From the NCBI GenBank assembly GCA_049976425.1, contig JBMFIG010000011.1, forward strand, positions 1 through 45,182: a stretch of 45,182 nucleotides of DNA, read 5' to 3'. A model generated the notes under the pieces. It was not told where the DNA came from. It worked only from the letters and a program-made list of their open reading frames with translations, and made no database searches. Positions 36,524 through 45,182 of the stretch are shown one piece after another. Origin of the DNA: Thermoproteus sp. GTDB lineage: Archaea > Thermoproteota > Thermoprotei > Thermoproteales > Thermoproteaceae. A program made the position numbers and the translations under genes. Position 1 is the stretch's first letter. Each line of letters starts with the position of its first letter.

Positions 36524-37656
36524 AGATAGCCCATATAAGCGACGCCCATCTAGGCCGGCAACAGTACCATCTGCCCGAGAGGGAGGAGGACTACTTCCAG
36601 GCGTTCGCCGAGGCCTTGAGGCTCGCGAAGGGCGCAGACGCCGTAGTCGTCACTGGGGATCTCCTAGACACCAGGAGGCCCTCCACCAAGACCCTCCTGA
36701 GGCTCCTCGACATACTCGGCGAGACCGGCCTCGCCCTATATGTTGTGGGGGGTAACCACGACTACAGCCATCTGAGGCCCGACGAGACCCCCCTGCGCAT
36801 ACTCGACAAGGTGGGCGCCGCCAAGCTCCTCTGCTTCCAGGAGGCGGATCTAGGAGGCGTCTGGCTCTACGGCGCCTGCGCCACGCCGAGGTCTAGGGCC
36901 GACGAGTATAGGGAGAGGATACTCTCGGCGAGGCCCGGCTCGGTCCTGGCAATACATCAAGCCATCGAGGGGGTCAAGGCGAGGTACCCCTCCGCCGCCG
37001 ACGAGTACACGATGCCGTCGAGGGCCTTCTCTGGCGTCAAGGCCGTCCACATAGCGGCCGGCCACGTCCACGACCACGGCGTCAGGCATCCGGTAGGCGC
37101 GTTGTGGGCCGGCTCCCTCGAGATATGGGACTCTGCCGAGTTCGAGACCTGGGACTGGAGGGGAGGCAAGTGGGAGCTCTACCAGGAGGCGGCCCCCAAG
37201 GGCTTCTACATAATAGACGTCGCCGGGCGGGCGGTCTCGGCCAAGGAGGTCTTGTTGACGCCCAGGCGCAGGATGGTCAAGCTGAGGGTGTTCCTGGACG
37301 AGGAGAAGGAGGCCGAGGCCGCCATCGAGCAGGCCGCCGCCAGGTTCGACGCGCCTGGCGCCGTGGTCAAGGTGGAGCTATACGGCGACGTGCTGGGCGA
37401 CTTTAGGCCGTCGCGCTACGCCGCCGCGTTCTCCCGGGCCCTCTACGTCGACGTGGTCGACAGGACCAGGAAGCCGAGCCGCGCCGCGGCGAGGGTCGGC
37501 TCAGCCTACGAGGCCATTGAGAGGCTGTTGCGGGAGAGGCTGGGGGCCGGCGCAGACGCCGTGGTCAAGGCGTTGGCGCACGCGAGGGACGGCGATAGGG
37601 CGGCCGCCAGGAAGATAATGGAGGAGTGGCTCTATGCTGAGGTCGATCGAGCTTAG
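36520..37656 (+). CDS. mre11: Mre11 nuclease
   Basis: HISDAHLG, TGDLLD, GNHD, HQ, GHVH and AGSLE phosphoesterase motifs. Lies upstream of rad50. Confidence 0.92.
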   Translation: MKIAHISDAHLGRQQYHLPEREEDYFQAFAEALRLAKGADAVVVTGDLLDTRRPSTKTLLRLLDILGETGLALYVVGGNHDYSHLRPDETPLRILDKVGAAKLLCFQEADLGGVWLYGACATPRSRADEYRERILSARPGSVLAIHQAIEGVKARYPSAADEYTMPSRAFSGVKAVHIAAGHVHDHGVRHPVGALWAGSLEIWDSAEFETWDWRGGKWELYQEAAPKGFYIIDVAGRAVSAKEVLLTPRRRMVKLRVFLDEEKEAEAAIEQAAARFDAPGAVVKVELYGDVLGDFRPSRYAAAFSRALYVDVVDRTRKPSRAAARVGSAYEAIERLLRERLGAGADAVVKALAHARDGDRAAARKIMEEWLYAEVDRA

Positions 37657-39754
37657 GAACTTCAAGGCGCACGAGGAGCTCGCGGCGGACTTCGTCGAGG
37701 GCGTCAACTTCATATACGGCCCCAACGGCGCCGGCAAGAGCAGCCTTCTGGAGGCCGTGGCGGTCGCGCTGTACGGATCCAGGTGGGTGCAGAAGGTCAA
37801 GGCCAGATGGGCCGACCTCGTCAGGCGGGGGGCCTCCGAGGCCTCGGTGCGGCTGGCCTTCGTGGGGATAGACGGCGTGGAGTACGTGGTGGCCAGGAGG
37901 TTTGGGCCGGCCGGCTCCATATCTTCCGGCACCTATCTGCTCGCCGACGGGAAGATGGTGGCCAGAGGCGACCAGGACGTCACAGCCGCCGTCGTCAAGG
38001 CCCTCGGGCTGGGCGTCGAGGAGTTCGCCAATCTGGCCTACATAAGGCAGGGGGAGCTCCGGCGGATATTGGCCGAGCCGGACTACATAGATAGGCTCTT
38101 CAGGCTGGACGAGTTCGACTGGCTCGACGAGGTCTTGAGGGACCTCCTCTCCGACGTGTCGCGGAGGAGGGAGAGGGCCTCCGGCAGGCTGGAGGAGCTC
38201 GGCAGAAGGGCCGAGGATCTGGCCAGGAGGGCGAAGGAGCTCGAGGCGCAGCTGGCCGAGGCTAGGAGGGAGGCCGAGGGCCTGGCCCAGTACTTCCAGC
38301 TCTACAGAAAGGCCGAGGAGGAGCTGGGCGGGCTCAAGGAGCGCGCGGCGGCGCTGGAGCAGGAGGCCAAGTCCCTCAAGGTCCTCGCCGAGAGGCTCGA
38401 GGAGGAGCTGGTGGAGCTCGACGTGGAGCTCGACAAGAAGTCGGAGGAGCTGAAGGAGCTGGGGAAGCTCGAGGAGGAGCTCGCCTCGTTGCCCCAGCCG
38501 GATCCCTCGATAGAGGCTAGGTACTACGAGGCGAAGAGGGTTGTGGACCTCCTGTCGAGCGCCGACCTCGGAAGGGCCAGGTCGTTCAAGCCGGAGGAGC
38601 TCGAGGCGGCGTACAGAGAGAGGGACGAGCTCAAGGCGAGGAGGGCCGACGTGTTGGCCAAGCTAGGGCTGGCGAGGGAGGTCTTGAGAGTGGCCGGCAA
38701 GGCCTCCGGCGGGAGGTGCCCCGTCTGCGGCGGCCCGCTGACCGAGGAGACCGTGAGGAGGCATGAGGAGGAGGCGAGGAGGCTCGAGGAGGAGCTCAGG
38801 AAAGTCGAGGCCAAGATCTACGACGTCGAGTCGGCGATAAAGAGGCTCGAGAGGGACAGGGAGGAGTACTTGAAGGTGAAGGACTACCTGTCGGTGGATC
38901 TGTCGGAGGCGAGGCGGCGGCTTGAGGAGCTGAGGAGGCTCTACGAGGCGCAGAAGGGCCTCGAGAGGAGGAGGGCCGAGATCTCGGCGAGGCTCGCCGC
39001 GAGGGGCAGGCTGGAGCGCGAGCTGAAGGAGCTGGAGGCGAGGAGGGCGGAGGCCGAGAGGAGGCTCGGCGAGGCGAGGAGAAGGCTGGAGGAGGTCGAG
39101 GGCCAGCTCTCGGCCTTGAGGCCTAGGCTCGAGGAGTTGGGCAAGTCCTACGAGGAGCTACGGGCTAAGGCCGAGGCGTACCTCAAGGCGGCCTCGAGGG
39201 CGGAGGAGCTCGCGAGGCAGCTGGCCTCCGTCAAGTCGGAGCTGGAGCGGGTGTCGAAGGAGCTCGGCTCGGCGAAGGCCGAGGCGGAGAGGCACGGCAG
39301 GGCCGAGGAGAGGGGGAAGGCGGCTAGATCTGCTCTGAGGGACGTCAAGCCCATAGCTAGGAAGATCCTCATAGAGGCCGTGAACGCTGAGCTCAACGAG
39401 GTCTTCCTGAGGCTTAGGCATAAGGAGTCCTTCCGCTCGGCCGAGCTGGCCCAGATAGAGGATAGATACTACGTGGTCGTCTCCAGGGCTGACGGGCAGA
39501 AGTTCGCCCACACCGCGCTGTCCCTCGGCGAGGCGAACTTGGCGGCCCTAGCCTTGAGGGTGGCCCTCGCCAAGGCCCTGCTGGGGAGGCCTCCCTTCCT
39601 CATGCTGGACGAGCCCACGGAGCACCTAGACGAGATACACAGGAGGAGGATAGTGGAGCTGGTGAGGGATCTGGCGAGAGACGTGAGGACTGTTTTGGTC
39701 ACCTCCCATCTGGGGGAGTTCGAGGAGGTCGCCGACAAGAGGATAGACCTATAG
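37634..39754 (+). CDS. rad50: Rad50 ATPase
   Basis: GPNGAGKSS, YIRQGE, coiled coil with a central zinc hook (CPVC), LSLGE signature and LDEPTEHLD. Confidence 0.95.
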   Translation: MLRSIELRNFKAHEELAADFVEGVNFIYGPNGAGKSSLLEAVAVALYGSRWVQKVKARWADLVRRGASEASVRLAFVGIDGVEYVVARRFGPAGSISSGTYLLADGKMVARGDQDVTAAVVKALGLGVEEFANLAYIRQGELRRILAEPDYIDRLFRLDEFDWLDEVLRDLLSDVSRRRERASGRLEELGRRAEDLARRAKELEAQLAEARREAEGLAQYFQLYRKAEEELGGLKERAAALEQEAKSLKVLAERLEEELVELDVELDKKSEELKELGKLEEELASLPQPDPSIEARYYEAKRVVDLLSSADLGRARSFKPEELEAAYRERDELKARRADVLAKLGLAREVLRVAGKASGGRCPVCGGPLTEETVRRHEEEARRLEEELRKVEAKIYDVESAIKRLERDREEYLKVKDYLSVDLSEARRRLEELRRLYEAQKGLERRRAEISARLAARGRLERELKELEARRAEAERRLGEARRRLEEVEGQLSALRPRLEELGKSYEELRAKAEAYLKAASRAEELARQLASVKSELERVSKELGSAKAEAERHGRAEERGKAARSALRDVKPIARKILIEAVNAELNEVFLRLRHKESFRSAELAQIEDRYYVVVSRADGQKFAHTALSLGEANLAALALRVALAKALLGRPPFLMLDEPTEHLDEIHRRRIVELVRDLARDVRTVLVTSHLGEFEEVADKRIDL

Positions 39755-39805
39755 GGCGGGCGCCTGCCCCTCATTAATTTTTTATATAGGAACGCTTTGA
39801 GGGGC

Positions 39806-40966
39806 GTGAGCGTAGCCAGACCGCCTAACGGCGTCTATTTCCTCAAGACCGCCGTGGAGGTGAGGGCGTTCATCAACCTACTCAAGAAGTTCAGGGGGTA
39901 CGCCACGACGCTCATCACGTTGTACATAAACGGCGAGAGGCCTATGCCAGACGTCTTGACGTTGCTGAGGTCCGAGTGGTCGACCGCCTCCAACATCAAG
40001 GACAAGACCACCAGGACCCACGTCCAGGACACGCTGGAGCGCATAGTCAACAACTTGAAGGGGGAGGCCAAGGCGCCGGAGAACGGCATGGCCGTCTTCG
40101 CCGGGTTCCACATGATCAACCCGGGCAACTACGAGTGGGTCTACTACGTCGTGGTGCCGCCCCAGCCCATATACACCTTCAAGTACATATGCGACACGGC
40201 GTTCCATACGGAGATCCTCGAGGACATGATAAAGTCCAGCGTGGCCTACGGCATCATAGTGGTGGAGAGGGGCGAGGCCGTGCTGGCCGTGTTGAGGGGC
40301 GGGCAGTACGAGGTGTTGAAGACCGTCCAGTTCTTCGTGCCTGGGAAGCACAGCGCCGGCGGGCAGTCCGCGAACCGCTACAAGAGGCAGACGGAGCACC
40401 TGGCCGAGGTGTTCTACAAGCTGGTCGCCGAGGAGGCCAACAAGGTGTTCCTCTCCATGCCGGCCCTCAAGGGCCTGATCGTGGCCGGGCCCGGGCCCAC
40501 CAAGGAGGACTTCCTGGAGGAGGGCGGCCTCGACTACCGCCTCAAGGACAAGATCCTCGCCGTGGTCTCCGCGTGTTGCGCCAACGAGTACGGCGTAAAG
40601 GAGGCCATAATGAACGCGCAGGAGCAGCTGAAGGAGAGCGAGTACGTCAAGGCGAAGGAGCTGATGGACAGAGTCATGTACTACGCCGTGAAGAAGAGCG
40701 AGTACATGGTGTACGGCAAGGAGAACGTCATGAGGGCCCTCGATATGGGTATAGCGGATGTGGTCGTCGTGGCGGAGGAGCTGGGCGAGGACGCCGTCTT
40801 GGACGTAGTCATGAGGGGGGACTCCAAGGGGGTGAAGGTCGAGGTGGTGCCTAAGGGCGTCGAGGAGGGGAAGACCTTGGTCCAGGCATTCGGGGGGTAC
40901 GTCGCCCTGCTCAACACGCCCGCCTGGGTGCTGGAGCAACAAGCCGCCAGCGCGGCTACGTCCTAG
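39806..40966 (+). CDS. prf1: Peptide chain release factor aRF1
   Basis: TASNIKD, YICD..F, PGKHSAGGQSANR, GPGPTK and FGGYVA. GTG start about 25 nt after TTTTTATATA. Confidence 0.95.
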   Translation: MSVARPPNGVYFLKTAVEVRAFINLLKKFRGYATTLITLYINGERPMPDVLTLLRSEWSTASNIKDKTTRTHVQDTLERIVNNLKGEAKAPENGMAVFAGFHMINPGNYEWVYYVVVPPQPIYTFKYICDTAFHTEILEDMIKSSVAYGIIVVERGEAVLAVLRGGQYEVLKTVQFFVPGKHSAGGQSANRYKRQTEHLAEVFYKLVAEEANKVFLSMPALKGLIVAGPGPTKEDFLEEGGLDYRLKDKILAVVSACCANEYGVKEAIMNAQEQLKESEYVKAKELMDRVMYYAVKKSEYMVYGKENVMRALDMGIADVVVVAEELGEDAVLDVVMRGDSKGVKVEVVPKGVEEGKTLVQAFGGYVALLNTPAWVLEQQAASAATS

Positions 40967-41643
40967 GCCGTCTGCCGAGGCGCGGGGGCCGGCGCACGCG
41001 CCGCCTCCCCGTAGGCGAGCATCTCCGCGATGTATTCGGCGAATAGGACTACGGCGCCCAGGAAGGACACCAGCGGCAGTAGGGACAGGACATAGCCGGC
41101 GATCAACATGTATAGGGCCGTCCTGAACAGCCCGACGCCGGAGTATCTGTGCAGATCGTGTAGCGTTATGGCTCTGGCCGCCACGAGCAGGATATCTATG
41201 GCGACCAAGACCGCGACTATCCCCACTATCGCCGGCTCGCGCGACAAGAGACTGTAGACGTACATCGGATCGGCCGTCAGCCTAGCGACGGCGGCTACGT
41301 GTCCGGATAGATATAGGGCCAGGGCGAAGATGAAGATAACGGCGACGATAGCCAGAGCTATAGGACCCCACGCGAGCCACCACGCCCACCTGAAGCCGAG
41401 CTTGTGGAGGGCCCTAAATCCCTTGAAGATGTAGAGGAAGAACACTACGAGTAGGGCCACGACGAGGCCTATCTCCGCGAGACCGATCGCGACGAGGCTA
41501 GCCGACACGCCGGCTCCGGGGCCCGGAGGCTGGAGGACGGCCAGAAGAAACACCGCGGCGGAGACGGCGATTATAGCCGCCAAGACTATCAACTGATATA
41601 TGTACCCCCTGTAGAGCGTCCTCATGACCTCTCTGAAGTCCAT
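40963..41643 (-). CDS. Integral membrane protein (DUF973/DUF996-like), hypothetical
   Basis: Five to six hydrophobic helices; the SGVGLFRTA segment resembles archaeal DUF996. Confidence 0.65.
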   Translation of the reverse strand: MDFREVMRTLYRGYIYQLIVLAAIIAVSAAVFLLAVLQPPGPGAGVSASLVAIGLAEIGLVVALLVVFFLYIFKGFRALHKLGFRWAWWLAWGPIALAIVAVIFIFALALYLSGHVAAVARLTADPMYVYSLLSREPAIVGIVAVLVAIDILLVAARAITLHDLHRYSGVGLFRTALYMLIAGYVLSLLPLVSFLGAVVLFAEYIAEMLAYGEAARAPAPAPRQTA

Positions 41644-41686
41644 ATCGACGGTGAAGTGCCGTGTTAATATACGAATCGGCGATACA

Positions 41687-42004
41687 CTAGGCGAGGCGCA
41701 GAAACAACGCGGCTAGGAAGACCAGCTCGGCCGCCTCGAAGACGGCGTAAGCGTTCCCGTATTTGGAGTAGCGGGCCAGATATCCGCCGAAGTAGAGGGG
41801 CACGCCGACGAGGTGGATCGCGGCGAATACGGCCACAGCCGGGACGAACACGCCGAGCGTCAAGGCCCATATATAGAACGCCGCCTCGTAAAGCGCCGCG
41901 GCCTTGGCGGCTACGCCGGCCGGATATCTGCCTCTAGGCGAGAAGGCCGCCGTCCACGCATGCTTGACGAACATCGGCAGGAACAGAAGCGCCTCAAACA
42001 GCAT
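41687..42004 (-). CDS. Small membrane protein, hypothetical
   Basis: Three to four hydrophobic segments. Its start overlaps the hemerythrin stop, suggesting translational coupling. Confidence 0.7.
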   Translation of the reverse strand: MLFEALLFLPMFVKHAWTAAFSPRGRYPAGVAAKAAALYEAAFYIWALTLGVFVPAVAVFAAIHLVGVPLYFGGYLARYSKYGNAYAVFEAAELVFLAALFLRLA

Positions 42005-42533
42005 ATTTCGCCTTCAGCTCCTCCAACGCCTTCATCCAGCCCTCGTAGTCGTTCTCCCTCTCTATCTCCTCCACGGATCTAGAGGCCTGGATCTCCGGCA
42101 CCGCCGACTCCAACATGGGGAACAAGACGCCGTTCTCCTTCTCTATATGTTGCCAGATGTGGTCTATGTAGAGCCTGGCGTAGTCAACGAAGTCCCTGTA
42201 CGCCTCCTCGTCGCCGGCTCTCCACGCCTTGTAGAGCTCCTCCATGACCCTCGCCAGGTAGCGGCCTACGCCGTGTTCGGACGTCATGACGTATATGGGC
42301 CCTCCGGCGAAGGGTATGCCGGCCCGGTTGGCTCCGGGGAACAAGATATACTCCTCGATAGAGTGGTGGCACGCGTCGACAAACCTCTGCGCGAACTGTA
42401 TGAGCTTGTATATGTCGTTGGGGTCGGGGTTAGGCGACGAGACGGCCTTATTGAGCACCTCCAGAGCCTCTAATATCCTCTCGTGGTGTTCCCTCAAGAC
42501 GCCGGTCACGTACTTTACCCTCACCTTCCCCAT
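41994..42533 (-). CDS. Hemerythrin HHE-domain protein
   Basis: LREHH, CHHSIEEYILFP, GPIYVMTSEH and HIEKENGVLFP. Start at ATG 42533. Confidence 0.9.
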   Translation of the reverse strand: MGKVRVKYVTGVLREHHERILEALEVLNKAVSSPNPDPNDIYKLIQFAQRFVDACHHSIEEYILFPGANRAGIPFAGGPIYVMTSEHGVGRYLARVMEELYKAWRAGDEEAYRDFVDYARLYIDHIWQHIEKENGVLFPMLESAVPEIQASRSVEEIERENDYEGWMKALEELKAKYAV

Positions 42534-42561
42534 AGGCCCCCACGCGACTCTCCCTTTAATA

Positions 42562-42576
42562 GTTAACTGTGTTAAC
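42562..42576. promoter_or_regulatory. Palindromic operator GTTAAC-TGT-GTTAAC
   Basis: Inverted repeat next to the hemerythrin TATA. The same TTAAC-N3-GTTAA core occurs at 44083-44095. Confidence 0.5.
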
Positions 42577-42664
42577 GCAGTTGCGCGAGGCGATAGGGCC
42601 GAGAAGTCCGGCATGACGCAGGCCTGGGCAGGGGGCATTGTATAATACTGGAGACGGCAGACAT

Positions 42665-43171
42665 GTGGCCAACCGAGGCGATACGGCGCCGCGCGCTTAC
42701 CTGCGGGGTCAGGAGGCCGTCGGGCAACTCCCGGAGGGACGGGCGCGCGTGCCAGCGGAGGCGCCTGCCGGACTCCACCTCATCTTCCTTAGAGGCAGAT
42801 TCCGCGACGAGGTGAACGTGGAGGTCTACGACGCGTGGGGCCCCCTCGCCGTGGTCAAGCTCTTCATGGGCAGGCCGCCCCACTACGCGCCTTGGGCCGA
42901 GGTCTTCAATGCAGTGGGCCGGCTCTATGGCTCCCCCGCGGAGCTGGAGATATACAGATGGGCCTATCTGGCGTTGCCGCCTGACTCCAACCTCTACGTC
43001 GAATATTCCGAGGACGTCCAGACCTGGGCGCAACTGTCCCGCGGCGTGCCTCCGGCCGAGACCAGGCTGGGCGCCGTCCTCTTGAAAGCCGGCTTCCTGG
43101 CAGTCTCCGACATGTACTTCCCCGAGGGCGGCAGAGAGGGCGGGCAGAAGATAAGGGCCGTCAGGCTCTGA
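42665..43171 (+). CDS. DUF1122-family protein
   Basis: GRFRDE, GRPPHYAPWAEVF, YVEY.ED, ETRLG..L..AGF and YFPEGGREGGQKI. GTG 42665 lies about 25 nt after TATAATA. Confidence 0.75.
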   Translation: MANRGDTAPRAYLRGQEAVGQLPEGRARVPAEAPAGLHLIFLRGRFRDEVNVEVYDAWGPLAVVKLFMGRPPHYAPWAEVFNAVGRLYGSPAELEIYRWAYLALPPDSNLYVEYSEDVQTWAQLSRGVPPAETRLGAVLLKAGFLAVSDMYFPEGGREGGQKIRAVRL

Positions 43172-43215
43172 CGCCGCTGGGGCGGAAGCTTATTAAATCA
43201 ACCGCGGTGGGGTAT

Positions 43216-44022
43216 ATGGAGAGGAAGTGTTTCAAGGTTGTGGGTTGCATATCGGCGTTGGGCATAGGGACTTCCGGCCTCGGCGGCGACCTCTGGCGGG
43301 CCGACACGTCTAAGGACGAGCGGCACCTCGCCGTCCTCGCCAACGCGTTGGCCAACGGCATATGGGTCGTGGACACCTCCGAGATATACGGAGGAGGCCA
43401 CGCCGAGGAGCTCGTGGGCAAGGCCTTATCGACCTTCGCCAAGGAGGACAGAGACAAGGTGGTGGTGACCAAGTTCTGGCCTGACAACGCAGAGAAGATA
43501 GTCCTGGCGGCTAAGGCGAGCGCCAGGAGGCTGGGGACCTACATCGACATATACATGCCCCACGGCCCGCTCCCCGACATATGCAAAGCCGTGAAGGCCT
43601 TCGAGGAGCTGGTGGACAGAGGCGTCATAAGGTTCTGGGGGCTCAGCAACGTCGACGCGCGCAAGATAGAGGAGGCGAGGAGCTGCGCCAAGAGGCACGA
43701 CATAGCGGCGGTGGAGAACGTCTACAACTACATAAACAGGCTCGACGAGCACGAAGCCCTGCCGTACGCCCAGCGCGAGGGCATACTCTATCTGGCCGCC
43801 AGCCCTCTGGCGAGGGGGATCGTGGTGGAGAACTACAGAATCAGGAGCGTCGCCGAGAGGCTCGGCAAGACGCCTGTCCAGGTGGCGTTGCGCTGGCTCA
43901 TGGACAAGCCCGCCGTGGTGCCCATACCGAGGACCACAAGGCCAGAAGGCGTCCTCGAATTCGCCGGCGCCTACGGCTGGAGGCTCCCCGACGAATACGC
44001 CAGAGAGCTCGATGTCCGCTGA
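43216..44022 (+). CDS. Aldo/keto reductase
   Basis: LGIGT, DTSEIYGGGHAEELVG, VVTKFW, IDIY..H, WGLSN, SPLARG and TPVQVALRW. Confidence 0.9.
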   Translation: MERKCFKVVGCISALGIGTSGLGGDLWRADTSKDERHLAVLANALANGIWVVDTSEIYGGGHAEELVGKALSTFAKEDRDKVVVTKFWPDNAEKIVLAAKASARRLGTYIDIYMPHGPLPDICKAVKAFEELVDRGVIRFWGLSNVDARKIEEARSCAKRHDIAAVENVYNYINRLDEHEALPYAQREGILYLAASPLARGIVVENYRIRSVAERLGKTPVQVALRWLMDKPAVVPIPRTTRPEGVLEFAGAYGWRLPDEYARELDVR

Positions 44023-44134
44023 GGCGCGAGTTAACCCCCATTTCCTCGGCCCAGACCCGAGCCGATAGACGGCGGGAGGCGATTAACGGGGTTAACCAGA
44101 AACTATAAGGTTCGAACGCGGGCCGCATCCGGCG

Positions 44135-44245
44135 GTGGCGAGGCTGGCCGCCAAGGCGGCCGAGAGGATAGCGAAGGCGTTGAGGAGCGAGGGCAGCCCG
44201 TACGCTCCCTTAATGGAGGCCGTCGCCGAGTTGCTGAGGCAGTAA
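44135..44245 (+). CDS. Possible 36-aa small protein (or gene remnant)
   Basis: GTG...TAA gives MARLAAKAAERIAKALRSEGSPYAPLMEAVAELLRQ with typical codon usage. TATA-like CTATAAG at 44103-44109. Confidence 0.4.
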   Translation: MARLAAKAAERIAKALRSEGSPYAPLMEAVAELLRQ

Positions 44246-44268
44246 CGCAGGTCTTTCCGCAGACGGCC

Positions 44269-44637
44269 TCACTCCACCGATATCCTCACCTGGCCTTGGT
44301 CGGGCTCGACCACCACGGCGGTTCCGTACGCTATTATCTCGTCCATATATTCGCTGATCTCGTTGCTGTCCAGCCTGAAGCTGACCACCGCGTTTGCCCC
44401 CAACTCCTTGGCGTGGGCCACCATCCTCTCTATGGCCTGCCTCCTCGCCTGCTCCGCCAGCTCCGTGAACTCGTCTATCTCGCCGCCCACCAGCGACCTC
44501 AGACCCGCGATGAGCCTGCCGCCGAGCCCTCTCGACCTCACCGTTATGCCTAGGGCAAGCCCCAACACCTTGACGATCTTATAGCCGGGGACATAGGGGG
44601 TAGTCACCACTATTACGTCGCCTTCCCTAATCGCCAT
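44269..44637 (-). CDS. YbjQ/UPF0145 heavy-metal-binding-domain protein
   Basis: VTTPYVPGY.I...LG, AGLRSLVGGEI, AR..AIERM...A..LGANAVV..R and AYGTAV. Confidence 0.92.
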   Translation of the reverse strand: MAIREGDVIVVTTPYVPGYKIVKVLGLALGITVRSRGLGGRLIAGLRSLVGGEIDEFTELAEQARRQAIERMVAHAKELGANAVVSFRLDSNEISEYMDEIIAYGTAVVVEPDQGQVRISVE

Positions 44638-44671
44638 GGCCCCACCTACGGCGGATAAAAAAGCCTTCCGC

Positions 44672-45182
44672 CTAACGGGCCCTCAGCTTGCCTAGGAGCT
44701 CCTCGGTCAGCCTCGCCTCGAGCTCCTCCACGTATTTGGCCATCTCGGCGAGTCTGCGGGAGATCTCCGCGTTGAGCCTCAGAGCCTCGGCCAGCACCTC
44801 CGCGGGGTCGCGGGAGCCCGCCGCCTCTATCAGCTTCAACATATTCTCCTCGTACGTCGTGACGGCCACTCCGAAGGACTTCAACATCCCGCGGGTCCTC
44901 TCGCTCATACCTCCCCCGGCTCCAGAGGTCAAGCCGAAGAGCTTGGCGTGAGTCTCCATCATGCACATGTCCTCGAACAAGGCGATCCCCTCGGCCTCCA
45001 ACGCCTCCCTCACGCCGGGCGGCGCCCTTATGCCCAGCTGTAGCCAGACCACCTTGACGTCGCCCCTCTCCCGCCTCCTCTTTACGGCCTCCTCCGCTAT
45101 CTTGGGCACCTCCTCCGACGGCCGGAAGACCTGCACCACGTCTATGGGCTCCGGCACTTCGAGTATTGAGCGGTACGCCTTC
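44672..45182 (-). CDS. CoA-binding protein (YccU-like), 5'-truncated by the window end, with a helical C-terminal extension
   Basis: The frame is open to the window edge: KAYRSILEVPEPIDVVQVFRPSEEV...VVWLQLGI...EDMCMM, then about 78 extra helical residues. Confidence 0.8.
   Translation of the reverse strand, partial: KAYRSILEVPEPIDVVQVFRPSEEVPKIAEEAVKRRRERGDVKVVWLQLGIRAPPGVREALEAEGIALFEDMCMMETHAKLFGLTSGAGGGMSERTRGMLKSFGVAVTTYEENMLKLIEAAGSRDPAEVLAEALRLNAEISRRLAEMAKYVEELEARLTEELLGKLRAR

Noticed and set aside
38150-39330. Repetitive GAGGAG/GAGCTC-rich DNA
   Set aside because: This is the Glu/Leu/Arg-rich Rad50 coiled coil, not a DNA repeat array.
39878-40942. 354-aa antisense ORF opposite aRF1, plus similar long shadow ORFs (e.g. 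10184-11149, 5604-6272, 25146-25886, 39976-40854)
   Set aside because: These are expected by-products of strong G/C third-position bias. They have skewed composition (His/Leu/Val-, Arg/Gly- or Pro-rich), no motifs, and overlap well-supported genes.

Overview
A GC-rich, densely coded chromosomal segment from a crenarchaeal hyperthermophile. Leaderless TATA promoters about 25 nt before start codons, ATGA/GTGA and convergent 3' overlaps, and the gene set (aRF1, CDC48, HerA-Mre11-Rad50, PIN-ATPase, KaiC paralogs, tricorn) point by inference to Thermoproteaceae (Thermoproteus/Pyrobaculum-like). Most of it is housekeeping and metabolic: cdc48/hsp20, nucleoside phosphorylase, ubiX, hxlB, AdoMetDC, citrate synthase, pncB, a GGR-type reductase, sugar ABC ATPase-galK-galT, tricorn, acylphosphatase, transporters, a THUMP methyltransferase, herA-mre11-rad50, aRF1, hemerythrin, an aldo/keto reductase and tRNA-Ser(GCT). 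No CRISPR array, integrase or transposase was seen. The ORF track misses a clear box C/D sRNA (4237-4284, minus), a 50-aa ribbon-helix-helix gene (26048-26200) inside an extreme AT-rich island with a duplicated promoter/operator, and a possible 36-aa ORF. The best leads are: a stand-alone Cas4-like Fe-S protein lacking its nuclease residues, two truncated SQR/NDH-2-like flavoprotein paralogs without conserved cysteines that may be tied to the RHH regulator, a lower-GC secreted protein with a beta-pore-former-like segment, a HerA with a C-terminal SWIM-like zinc finger and no adjacent nurA, and a TTAAC-N3-GTTAA operator found twice. All family assignments come from motif recognition by eye; no searches were run.
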